From positions 3,186-67,185 of the forward strand of contig JBILLN010000017.1 in NCBI GenBank assembly GCA_044376085.1: 64,000 bases of DNA. The letters run 5' to 3'. This document shows positions 37,593 to 45,572 of this stretch, piece after piece. Origin of the DNA: Bradymonadia bacterium (GTDB lineage Bacteria; Myxococcota_A; Bradymonadia; UBA7976; UBA1532). Below the pieces are notes generated by a model. It had not been told where the DNA came from, made no database searches, and worked only from the letters and a program-made list of their open reading frames with translations. The stretch's first letter is position 1. Every line of letters begins with the position of its first letter. Made by a program: the position numbers and the translations under genes.

Positions 37593-40500
37593 TCACTTCC
37601 CGAGGTCCATGACGGAGCGCAGGAGGCGCATGTCGTCGATGGTGCTGAGGTAGAACTCGAGGGTCTGGTCGGCGTTCTCGAGGTCGTTCTCGCGTTGCGG
37701 ATTCTCCGGATCGGCGTCGAAGGCGCGCTTGGCGGCGTTCCAGTCTTCGGCGGCCTGCTTGGCGACGCGGAGGAGTCGGTAGGCGACGGAGAGCCCGTCG
37801 CGGGTCTGCGGGGCCTGGAAGATCTGGCCGGTCTTGGGGTTCTCGAACGTCGCGACCAGCGCCCCGTCCGCGATGGCCCGATCGTCGCCCGAGCCCTTCT
37901 CCTGCACGGCGATGTACTCGTAGAAGTCGAGCTTGGTATCCCCGGGGCGCGAGTTGAGCTGGGTCCCGGCGAACAGCCAGTACCGCATGAGGTCGAAGGG
38001 CGTGTTCGTCCAGATCTGCACGGGCTCGATCTCGTCGCCGTTCTCGTCGACCGGCGCCTCGGAGTGGCCGGGCAGGCGGCCGTCGACGGTGGAGAAGTCG
38101 AACATCGTGGGGAAGGTGTGCACCGCCTCGCCCTTCTCGTTCTTCGTCGTCGACCACTGGAACGCCCGGTGTCCGAAGTTGCCGAGGCCGGCGTCGAGGA
38201 GGTCGAGCGTCAGGTCGAGCAGGCGGTCCTTGAAGACGTCGTAGAACCCGAAGCGGAGGTCGATCTCGCCCGCGGCGTTGACCGGCGGGCGGATGAAGAC
38301 GTTGCCGGCGTTCAGGAGCGGGATGATGAAGTTCTGCTTCTCGAAGAACGAGCCCATGTACTCGTACTTGGTCTGATAGTCGTCCGAGAGGTCGATGTAC
38401 ATGTCGCGGCCGACGCCCAGGGGGAGTTCCATCCGGTCACAGGCCTCGCTGCGGAAGTAGTCCGGGTTGAACCCGAAGGCCCAGTACGGGACGTAAGTGA
38501 TCTGCTCCTTGAGGGAGTTGCCCGTATTGGCCTTGCAGTACCAGCCCGGCTCGGGCGCGCCGACGACCTGCATCGTGAAGTCGGTGGCGATCATGGCGGC
38601 GCGCAGGAGGTCCTCGGTCAGGTCCATCGGGGTGCCGTCGCGATTCACGTACTGCTGGAAGAACGAGTAGTGCTTGTAGGGGTAGTTCAGGTAGGGCAGC
38701 AGGCGGCCCATGCGGCTGAAGAACCCGAGATAGAACTGGTACTCGTCCCGACCGCGGCGCCAGGAGTTGAAGAAGTAGTAGTTCCAGTAGCGCTGGATGG
38801 CCGAGCGGACGGCTTCTTCGTGGGTGGGGCCCTCGTCCCAGGTGCGGCACTTGGGGTCGCGACCGTTGAAGTAGTCGAAGCAGTAGAAGTACGGCACCGT
38901 CCGGTCGCGCCAGTAGCCCTCCGCGCCGGCGTCCGGGCTCTCCGCGAAGCGCTTGCCGTTCTCGCGGATGCCTTCGCGCGCCTCGGCGATGACCTCGTCG
39001 ACGAGACGGTCCTCGCGGCGGGTCAGGTTTGCGGTGCTGCCGCCGAGAAGCTGCGGGATCTTGGTGTAGTGGTCGTACTCGAGGTGGAGATCCAGCCGGC
39101 TGGGGACCTCCACGCTCTCGTCGAAGGCCTCGATGAGCCCCGTGTACGCGAACTTGATGGCGGCCTGGTCGTACTTGCCGAGGCCGTGGAAGTCCGAGTT
39201 GAAGCGGGCGCCGTAGTCCATGATCGAGGTGTAGCGGTACTCGGGCTGAAGGTGCTCGTCGCGCTCCTCGTCCGTGTCGTAGCGCTCCTCGAGGTCCCAG
39301 AACGTGTCGAAGTAGTTCAGCGCGTCGTGCGAGGCCCGGAAGTTGTGGGTCATGCCCAGCGTGTGGCCGATCTCGTGGAGCATCACGCCGCGGAAGATCT
39401 CCTTGCGGAGGTCCTCGTAGACCTCGACCGGGTCCCGCCCCTTGAGGCTGAGCGCCCGGCCGATGACCGCGTCGTCGTAGAACTCGGGCAGGGTGATGTT
39501 GCGCTCGATGTAGAAGTCGGCGCGCTTCTGCATGTGTTCCGAGATGGCGGCGGGGTTGGCGGCGACCTCGATGGTGGCCTCGAGGAGGTCCTCCGGCATG
39601 TCCTCGCCCTCGTGGGCGTTGGGGTCCCACTGGAACAGGCGGTAGAGCATCGACATCACGGGGCGGGGGAGCATGCGGGTGCGGAGCTCCGGGTTGTCCC
39701 GCAGGCGCTGCTTCATGAGGTCCATCGGATCGGGTCCGGCGGCCTGGGCGAACATGGGGTCGTCCGCCCGCTTCAACTCCGACCGCGTGACCATGTCGTG
39801 GGACATGCGGCTCAGGTCGACCTTGCCGTCGGCCGAGCGGAAGCTCTCGGGGTTGGCGGCCTGGAACGTCGAGAAACGCTGCTTCAACGCGGCGCGCTGG
39901 GCCTCCGTGACGGTGAGGGGCTGGTCGGCCACGCTCTTGTTCCGAAGGTCGAGCCAGTCGGTGATCGTCTTGCCCGAGGCGATGTCCTCGAAGGCGTCGT
40001 CGATGTCACCATTGAGGAAGCGGACGAGGTCCATCGAGTCCCGGGCGTAGCCGTCGACCGCCGCGCCGTACACGTAGGCGTTGCCGCTGATGATGCGGCC
40101 CGTCTCGGCGTCGGGGCCGGAGGGGCCGAAGCCGAGGGGACCGGAGGGCTGGTCTTCGTTGACCCAGTAGACGAAGTTCCAGCGAACGTCACCGACCTGC
40201 TGGTAGGTGAACTTCTCGAGGCCGCGGGCGCGGCTCTCGGCCGTCAGCGCGGAGCAGACGGGCTCGAGGTTGCCGGCGAGGATGTTGTTGGGGTTGCCGG
40301 CATCCACCGCGTCGCTGTCGAGGTCGTCGGCGTGCGTCACCGAACGGACGACGTCGACGAGTTCGGGGACGCGCTCGAGATAGGCGTCGATGACCTCGCG
40401 GCGGCAGTCGTTGTCGTCGATGCGGTAGGCCGCGCCGTGACCGGTCTGCTTCTTCAGCTCGGCGCGCAGGGCCTCGGGCGACTTGCCCTGAGCCGAGGCG

Positions 40501-41792
40501 ATGGCATTGACGAAGAGGCGGTCCCAGTCGGCGGCGATCTCCTGGGCGGTGCCCTTGAGGTCCTCGGGGAAGTTCACGTTCAGGTGGTAGACGATGGGCC
40601 GCACCTTGCGGTCCTTGACCGGGATGACCACCGGATTCCCGTCGGCATCCCGCTTCAGTTTGGGCTTGCCGGCCTCGTCACGGGCAATGACCGGCGCGCC
40701 CGTCTCGTCCTCGGTCATCTCCCACGCGTAGACCTGTTCCCAGATCTTGTGGTGGTTGGCGTAGAAGTTGCGCAGCTCGTCGTGCCCGTTGGGGAGCCGG
40801 CGGTTGGCGTCGTAGCGCTCCGTGCGGAAGAACCCGAAACGACCCATCTGGTTGTGGGTCAGCGGCTTGCAGTCCTCTCGGCGGTACTTGCCGCGGAGCT
40901 GCTCGAGCACGTCGTCGGTGCACTCGACGTCGACGTAGTCGACCCCGCCGTCCGGCTTGGGGACCGAGACGGTCAGCGAGTACATGATGGCCCCGTTCTC
41001 GTCGCGGACGAACTCGCGGTCGAGGTAGGAGCGCGGCTCGAACTGCGCGGCGTCCTCGGGGTCGATGCGCACGAAGCTGTGGCGCACCTTGACCTCGCCG
41101 AGACCGCAGGAGTTCCGGGTGTTCGTGGACGTCCGGTAGAAACCGTACTCGATGAAGCAGGTGTAGCCGCCGTCGGTGACGGTGTACGACGTCGTGAACG
41201 AGATCGTCCCGTCCTCCAGATCCGCCTGGAAGTGGTCCGGATTGGCGATCTCCGTCTCACGGGCCCAGTAGGTGCCCGTCGAGAACGTCGCGAACAGCTT
41301 GGCGAAGTCCTGACCGACCGCCGCCGCCGACGACCAGTCCGCCCGGAAGAAGTCGCGCTCGAACCAGGGACGCAGCGAGCTGTCCTCGTTCAGGACGTTG
41401 CTCTGGGTGCCGTTGGCGCTGTTGTAGTCGCGCACGATGTCGAAGTGTTCGACGCCGCTGACGCGCAGGATGGTGTCGCCCTCGAACGTGGCGCCGGGCC
41501 GCGTCTCGTCCTCGTCGAGGCCGCGGATGCCCTCGTGCGTCCGGCGGGCGTGCAGCGCATCGCCGTAGAACTCGAACTTGACCTTCTCGACCTTGCCCTC
41601 GAGGCCGACGAAGCCGATGCCGACGTCCGGCGGGACGTCGACGATCGTCTGGCGGTAGTACCACTCGCCATCGAGCATCGCCTTCTTGAAGTAGTGCGGT
41701 TGGACCCGGTTGACGTCCTTCACCTCTTCCGCACACGACGGCAGAAGAGAGATGAGCGCGGGTACGACGGCGGCCTGCCAGAAACGTCGCAT
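37593..41792 (-). CDS. Giant metzincin-type zinc-metalloprotease lipoprotein (1399 aa), a paralog of the downstream gene.
   Basis: The signal peptide is MRRFWQAAVVPALISLLPSC (lipobox). The zinc site is HEIGHTLGMTHNF, and the Met-turn is TSIMDY. It is colinear with gene 1 over most of its length (EWYYRQTIV, QSNV, FFRTER, LGFGPSGPD, RYWNYYFFN). Confidence 0.7.
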   Translation of the reverse strand: MRRFWQAAVVPALISLLPSCAEEVKDVNRVQPHYFKKAMLDGEWYYRQTIVDVPPDVGIGFVGLEGKVEKVKFEFYGDALHARRTHEGIRGLDEDETRPGATFEGDTILRVSGVEHFDIVRDYNSANGTQSNVLNEDSSLRPWFERDFFRADWSSAAAVGQDFAKLFATFSTGTYWARETEIANPDHFQADLEDGTISFTTSYTVTDGGYTCFIEYGFYRTSTNTRNSCGLGEVKVRHSFVRIDPEDAAQFEPRSYLDREFVRDENGAIMYSLTVSVPKPDGGVDYVDVECTDDVLEQLRGKYRREDCKPLTHNQMGRFGFFRTERYDANRRLPNGHDELRNFYANHHKIWEQVYAWEMTEDETGAPVIARDEAGKPKLKRDADGNPVVIPVKDRKVRPIVYHLNVNFPEDLKGTAQEIAADWDRLFVNAIASAQGKSPEALRAELKKQTGHGAAYRIDDNDCRREVIDAYLERVPELVDVVRSVTHADDLDSDAVDAGNPNNILAGNLEPVCSALTAESRARGLEKFTYQQVGDVRWNFVYWVNEDQPSGPLGFGPSGPDAETGRIISGNAYVYGAAVDGYARDSMDLVRFLNGDIDDAFEDIASGKTITDWLDLRNKSVADQPLTVTEAQRAALKQRFSTFQAANPESFRSADGKVDLSRMSHDMVTRSELKRADDPMFAQAAGPDPMDLMKQRLRDNPELRTRMLPRPVMSMLYRLFQWDPNAHEGEDMPEDLLEATIEVAANPAAISEHMQKRADFYIERNITLPEFYDDAVIGRALSLKGRDPVEVYEDLRKEIFRGVMLHEIGHTLGMTHNFRASHDALNYFDTFWDLEERYDTDEERDEHLQPEYRYTSIMDYGARFNSDFHGLGKYDQAAIKFAYTGLIEAFDESVEVPSRLDLHLEYDHYTKIPQLLGGSTANLTRREDRLVDEVIAEAREGIRENGKRFAESPDAGAEGYWRDRTVPYFYCFDYFNGRDPKCRTWDEGPTHEEAVRSAIQRYWNYYFFNSWRRGRDEYQFYLGFFSRMGRLLPYLNYPYKHYSFFQQYVNRDGTPMDLTEDLLRAAMIATDFTMQVVGAPEPGWYCKANTGNSLKEQITYVPYWAFGFNPDYFRSEACDRMELPLGVGRDMYIDLSDDYQTKYEYMGSFFEKQNFIIPLLNAGNVFIRPPVNAAGEIDLRFGFYDVFKDRLLDLTLDLLDAGLGNFGHRAFQWSTTKNEKGEAVHTFPTMFDFSTVDGRLPGHSEAPVDENGDEIEPVQIWTNTPFDLMRYWLFAGTQLNSRPGDTKLDFYEYIAVQEKGSGDDRAIADGALVATFENPKTGQIFQAPQTRDGLSVAYRLLRVAKQAAEDWNAAKRAFDADPENPQRENDLENADQTLEFYLSTIDDMRLLRSVMDLGK

Positions 41793-41907
41793 TCTTCACA
41801 CCTCGTGGGTTGGCATTCGAGCGGCCCCCCGTTTGGGACCCGCGCCACCCCCCCTGCATGCCGAAGCGTGCATGGATTGACGCGAATCAAGGGCCGGGGG
41901 CGACGTA

Positions 41908-41924
41908 GGCAACTCCCGTGCCGC
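41908..41924 (-). promoter_or_regulatory. Sigma-54 (-24/-12) promoter upstream of metalloprotease gene 2.
   Basis: The minus-strand sequence is GCGGCACGGGAGTTGCC, i.e. GGCACG-N4-TTGC with canonical GG/GC spacing. It lies about 115 nt upstream of the ATG at 41792. An A-tract is immediately upstream and two G8 tracts lie further upstream. Confidence 0.5.
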
Positions 41925-42014
41925 TTTTTTGGCAAGCGAAAACGCGCGGTCGGGGGGGGCGGTCCGGTCGGAGCGGCGCCGGGGGGGGCGAACGTGAAGA
42001 AACGAACGGCGGGT

Positions 42015-43028
42015 TCAGGTCTCGGGGACGGGGTCGGCAGCGGGTCCGCCGCTGAGGGCGGGATCGGGATCGCGGCTGGGGGCGCGGCGACCGTTCGGGC
42101 GGTGGCGGGCGAAGTACCAGGCCGCCGAGCAGGCGGTCTTGACCGTGTCGGCCACGCCCATGCCCTCCAGGTTGGGCCAGAACAGATTGCACTCGCCGCA
42201 GGGTTCGATCTCCTTGCGGCGACCCGTGCGGTGGTACTCGCGGTACTTCGAGGCGGTATTGCCCCGGTACACCTCGAGCACGGACTGCTCGCGCACGTTG
42301 CCCCAGGTGTACTCGCCCTCGTGGTCCTGGCAGCAGAGCGTGACCTTGCCGTCGCTCAGGATGTCGAGGCGGGTGATGTGTTCGCAGCCGTAACTCGGGA
42401 CGGGGAACGCGGAAGGGATGTCGCCCTTGTAGTTGAACTGCCCGACGATGAAGGGCTGCACCCCCATGCTTTCGCAGTAGTCCGAGAAGGCGTCCTGCTC
42501 TTCCAGCGTGGTGTCTTCCATCCGGACCATGCGGAACTGGATCTTGGGGGCGACCTTGCTGCGCCGGACGGGGTCGACCAGGTACTTCATGTTGTCGAGC
42601 GTGCGCTCGAGCTTGAAGCCCATGATGTTCTTGTACCGGACGGGATCGAGGGTGTTCAGGCTGATGGTCAGGCGGTCGACGCCCCCGATGGAGACGAGCT
42701 CGTCGATGCGCTTCGGCACGAGGCCGTAGCCGTTCGAATACAGGCCGAGGCGGGTCTTCGGCAGGCGACTGCGGATGTGCTGGAGCCGACCGATGATGCG
42801 GGGGTCGACGAAGGGCTCGCCGTTGAGGAACGGTTCGATCTCTTCGAGCGGGAAGGCCCGGCAGTCCTCGACGATCTTCTCGAAGAGGTCCTGGTCCATG
42901 TGGAACTTGTCGCGAGCCTTGAAGTTGTACGGGCAGAACGGGCAGGCGGCGTTGCAGCGGCTGGTCGTCTCGATGGAGACCATGCGCGGGTACTCACCGC
43001 CATCCATGACGCGTTGACGGAAGATCAT
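42015..43028 (-). CDS. Radical SAM enzyme with a SPASM/twitch-like C-terminal Cys-rich region.
   Basis: The radical SAM box is SIETTSRCNAACPFCPY (Cx3Cx2C). The C-terminal Cys residues are LCCQDHEG ... CGECNLFWPN. The composition (rich in K, N, Y, F) is atypical for this window. The start is at MIFRQRVMDGG, with GAGGA 7 nt upstream. Confidence 0.75.
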   Translation of the reverse strand: MIFRQRVMDGGEYPRMVSIETTSRCNAACPFCPYNFKARDKFHMDQDLFEKIVEDCRAFPLEEIEPFLNGEPFVDPRIIGRLQHIRSRLPKTRLGLYSNGYGLVPKRIDELVSIGGVDRLTISLNTLDPVRYKNIMGFKLERTLDNMKYLVDPVRRSKVAPKIQFRMVRMEDTTLEEQDAFSDYCESMGVQPFIVGQFNYKGDIPSAFPVPSYGCEHITRLDILSDGKVTLCCQDHEGEYTWGNVREQSVLEVYRGNTASKYREYHRTGRRKEIEPCGECNLFWPNLEGMGVADTVKTACSAAWYFARHRPNGRRAPSRDPDPALSGGPAADPVPET

Positions 43029-43071
43029 GTGGACGTCCTCGCGGAGAGTGAGATGAATCGAGGGCCGTCGA

Positions 43072-43086
43072 GCAAGATGCGTGCCC
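43072..43086 (-). promoter_or_regulatory. Sigma-54 (-24/-12) promoter upstream of the radical SAM gene.
   Basis: The minus-strand sequence is GGGCACGCATCTTGCT, i.e. GGCACG-N4-TTGC. It lies about 45 nt upstream of the ATG at 43028, within the 157-nt gap after the GT4 gene. Confidence 0.5.
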
Positions 43087-43185
43087 GGGACCCGAGGTTG
43101 CGGGTCGTCGTTTCCGGAGTACGCCTGCTCCAGATCGACCTCCCCCTGGCGCACGGATACCGCAGGTCGACGCGGGTATGCGAGG

Positions 43186-44361
43186 TCAACGCCGCGCGGC
43201 CAGCCGCTCCTCGTAGAAGGCCCGCAGGCGCTCGCCCCGCGCGTCCCAGGTCAGCGAGGCCGCCAGCGTCCGGGCGCCCCGGGCGAGACGTGCCCGGAGG
43301 TCCGGGGCCTCGAGCAGGCCGCGCAGGGCGCTCACCAGAGCGGGGACGTCGTCGGGGTTCACGAGGCGCGCGTTCTCGCCGTCGCGCAGAAGCTCCGTCG
43401 TATCGGGCAGGTCCCCGGCCAGCACGGCGCGGCCGGCCGCCAGATAGGTGAAGAGCTTCAGGGGCATGACCGTCGTCCCCTCCTCGGTGAGGGGGCGGCG
43501 GCTGGGCGGAACGAGCAGCACGTCGGCCGCCAGGTGGGCCTGCTCGAGGCGCTCACCCGTGAGAAATCCGAGGAAACGCACGTTCTCGAGGCCCTGGGCA
43601 GCGGCTTTCATCTCGCGCGCGTCGTCGGTCCCGTCGTGGCCGACGAAAACGAAGCGGACGTCCGGCATCCGGCGGGCGGCGTCGATGAAGAGGTCGCAGG
43701 CTTTGGCGCGCCCGAGCCGGCCCGCGTACACGGCGGTGGGCCCCTCGGAAAGTCCGAGGGCGGCGCGCGCCGAGGCGGGGTCGCGGTCCGTCGCGAGGAG
43801 TCGGGCATCGAACCCGTTGTACAGCGTGACGACCTTCTCCGGGGGCACGCCGTCTCGAACGAACTGCTCCCGGACGAGTCGGGAGTGGACGATCAGCCCG
43901 GCGAAGGCGCGCAGCGGCGTCAGGTGGCGAAAGACCGGGCGCACGGCGGGGAACTGGGCCGTCAGCGGGCGATAGGTCTCGAAGAAGAGCGGTCGTCGCG
44001 CGCCCAGCATCGCCAGGGACGGCAGGAGCGTGCGGGTGTGGACGAGGTCGTAGGGGCGTCGCAACGCCGAGCCCGTGGCCAGCGCGCCGCCGGCGAGCTT
44101 CGTCAGCAGGCGCGGGCCGCTCAGCGCGCCCGGAACGGGGCAGAGTCGAAACTCGCAGCCCGTGGCGTAGTGGGCCCTCAGGGCGTCGTGGAGCGCCGCC
44201 CGGGCGGAGGCGTCCCGGACCGCCGCGGCGTTCGGCGCAACGGGGAAGTACAGGTCGACGGCCACGCCCGTGCGGCCGAGCGCCGACAGGGCGTTGACGA
44301 ACTGAATCGTGTCCGCCCCGTGGCCGGGCAGGACTTCGTCGGTCAGAAAGGCGATGCGCAT
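43186..44361 (-). CDS. GT4-family glycosyltransferase (GT-B fold).
   Basis: The N-terminal domain is MRIAFLTDEVLPGHGADT. The C-terminal nucleotide-sugar domain is EEGTTVMPLKLFTYLAAGRAVLAGDLPD (an EX7E-like region). The start was set at MRIAFL inside the longer ORF. Confidence 0.7.
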   Translation of the reverse strand: MRIAFLTDEVLPGHGADTIQFVNALSALGRTGVAVDLYFPVAPNAAAVRDASARAALHDALRAHYATGCEFRLCPVPGALSGPRLLTKLAGGALATGSALRRPYDLVHTRTLLPSLAMLGARRPLFFETYRPLTAQFPAVRPVFRHLTPLRAFAGLIVHSRLVREQFVRDGVPPEKVVTLYNGFDARLLATDRDPASARAALGLSEGPTAVYAGRLGRAKACDLFIDAARRMPDVRFVFVGHDGTDDAREMKAAAQGLENVRFLGFLTGERLEQAHLAADVLLVPPSRRPLTEEGTTVMPLKLFTYLAAGRAVLAGDLPDTTELLRDGENARLVNPDDVPALVSALRGLLEAPDLRARLARGARTLAASLTWDARGERLRAFYEERLAARR

Positions 44362-44396
44362 GGCGCGGCGCGCATGCGACGATCGTGCCAGCGACG

Positions 44397-45374
44397 TCAG
44401 GGGATGTCGGACGCCAGCCACGCCGCGAGGGGCGCGAAAACCGCCCGCTCGGCGGGCTCGCTGATGAAGAGGTCCGCGTGAGCCATCGGCGTCGCGGCGT
44501 CGCCGGCGACGACCACGCGCCGGGCGTGCGCCGGTGCACCGATGGTCTCGTCCCCCGTGCGAACGACCGCCTCGGGAACGATGCCGTCGGCGTTGGCGAC
44601 GATCGTGAGGAGGGGGTGCGCGACCCGGGCGAGATCGGTGGTCAGGTTTCGCCGATCGAGCACGAGGTCCCGCTGGCGGATCCAGCGGGCGATCTCGAAG
44701 TTGATGCGCGCGACGGGGTCGTCGACGGTGTTCACCAGGCTTTCGGGTCGGCTGAGGTCACAGATGCGCGGGTTCAGGTAGAGGTCGAGCGCGCCGGGCA
44801 CGCGGGCGATGGCGGGCAATGCCAGCCGCGCCAGGGTGCGGGTGCCGCGCATGGCGGGCAACCCGAGGGGAAGCTGTGCCAGCGCCCGCACCAGCGGATG
44901 CGCCGTCGTCCAGGAGAGGGGGCCGCCCAGATTCACGAGGCGGCGGAGGGGCGCGTCGGGACGCCACGCCGCCTGCATGAAGACGTAGGTCGCGCCGAGG
45001 CTGCATCCGATGGCGTCCACCGGGCCGGGCGGCAGCGCGCTGTGGCGGGGGACCGCGTCGAGGACCGCCCCCAGATCCACGACGCCCACGTCCGCGAGGC
45101 CGAACCCCCTGCGCCGGCCGCGACCGGGGATGGGGTGTGCGTGACCCTGCCCGCGCAATTCGACGCAAAAGACCTCGAACCCGCGGTCTGCCAGGTATGC
45201 GGCCAAGGGTCGACCCGTGGGGTGGTACCCCAGGATGTACGCGTTCATGGCGAAGCCCGGCACGATGACCACGGGGCGGCGGTGCAGGTCGAGGCGCTGC
45301 GGATCGCGATAGCGGTGCAGGGCGAGGCGCCAGCCAGCCCCGTTCTCGGTGAAGTAGGTCCGTCGTTCGAGCAT
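44397..45374 (-). CDS. Alpha/beta-hydrolase fold protein (esterase/lipase/thioesterase-like).
   Basis: An HG-type oxyanion region is VVIVPGFAMN. The nucleophile elbow is GCSLGA (GxSxG). C-terminal Asp/His candidates are present. The start was set at MLERRTYF inside the 763-aa ORF. Confidence 0.65.
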   Translation of the reverse strand: MLERRTYFTENGAGWRLALHRYRDPQRLDLHRRPVVIVPGFAMNAYILGYHPTGRPLAAYLADRGFEVFCVELRGQGHAHPIPGRGRRRGFGLADVGVVDLGAVLDAVPRHSALPPGPVDAIGCSLGATYVFMQAAWRPDAPLRRLVNLGGPLSWTTAHPLVRALAQLPLGLPAMRGTRTLARLALPAIARVPGALDLYLNPRICDLSRPESLVNTVDDPVARINFEIARWIRQRDLVLDRRNLTTDLARVAHPLLTIVANADGIVPEAVVRTGDETIGAPAHARRVVVAGDAATPMAHADLFISEPAERAVFAPLAAWLASDIP

Positions 45375-45527
45375 GGACCGCAGTCTGACGAACCGGGGTC
45401 GTCGTGTCACGGCTCGCGCGCGGCCGGCGCCTGCGGTGGCCACCCGAAGGCCACCCGGGGCGCCAGTTCGAGGCGTCCGGACCCACCCGCGCCCTCGCTT
45501 TCGGCGAGCGAAGGGCCCCGGACGCCC

Positions 45528-45542
45528 GGCCCGAGGTTTGCA
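45528..45542 (+). promoter_or_regulatory. Candidate sigma-54 promoter upstream of the ACP gene (one mismatch in the -24 box).
   Basis: CGGCCCGAGGTTTGCAA is GGCCCG-N4-TTGCA. The GG-to-GC spacing is correct and TTGCA is a perfect -12 box. GGAGG is 5 nt before the ATG at 45573. Confidence 0.25.
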
Positions 45543-45572
45543 ACCCGGGTGAGCGACGCCCCGGAGGCGGAC

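Noticed and set aside
41887-42192. A 101-aa minus-strand ORF in the gap between the radical SAM and metalloprotease genes, considered as a possible precursor peptide.
   Set aside because: The product is Arg/Pro-rich and low-complexity (RPQPRSRSRPQRRTR...). It overlaps the sigma-54 promoter and the radical SAM 3' end, and has no leader/core-like features.
37578-43451. A 1957-aa plus-strand ORF, and a similar 1512-aa one at 33115-37653, antisense to the metalloprotease and radical SAM genes.
   Set aside because: The product is low-complexity, dominated by Val/Gly/Ala/Asp/Glu/Arg runs with no motifs. The opposite strand encodes proteins with lipoprotein signals and HExxHxxGxxH/Met-turn signatures. 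This is a typical antisense open frame of 70% GC DNA.
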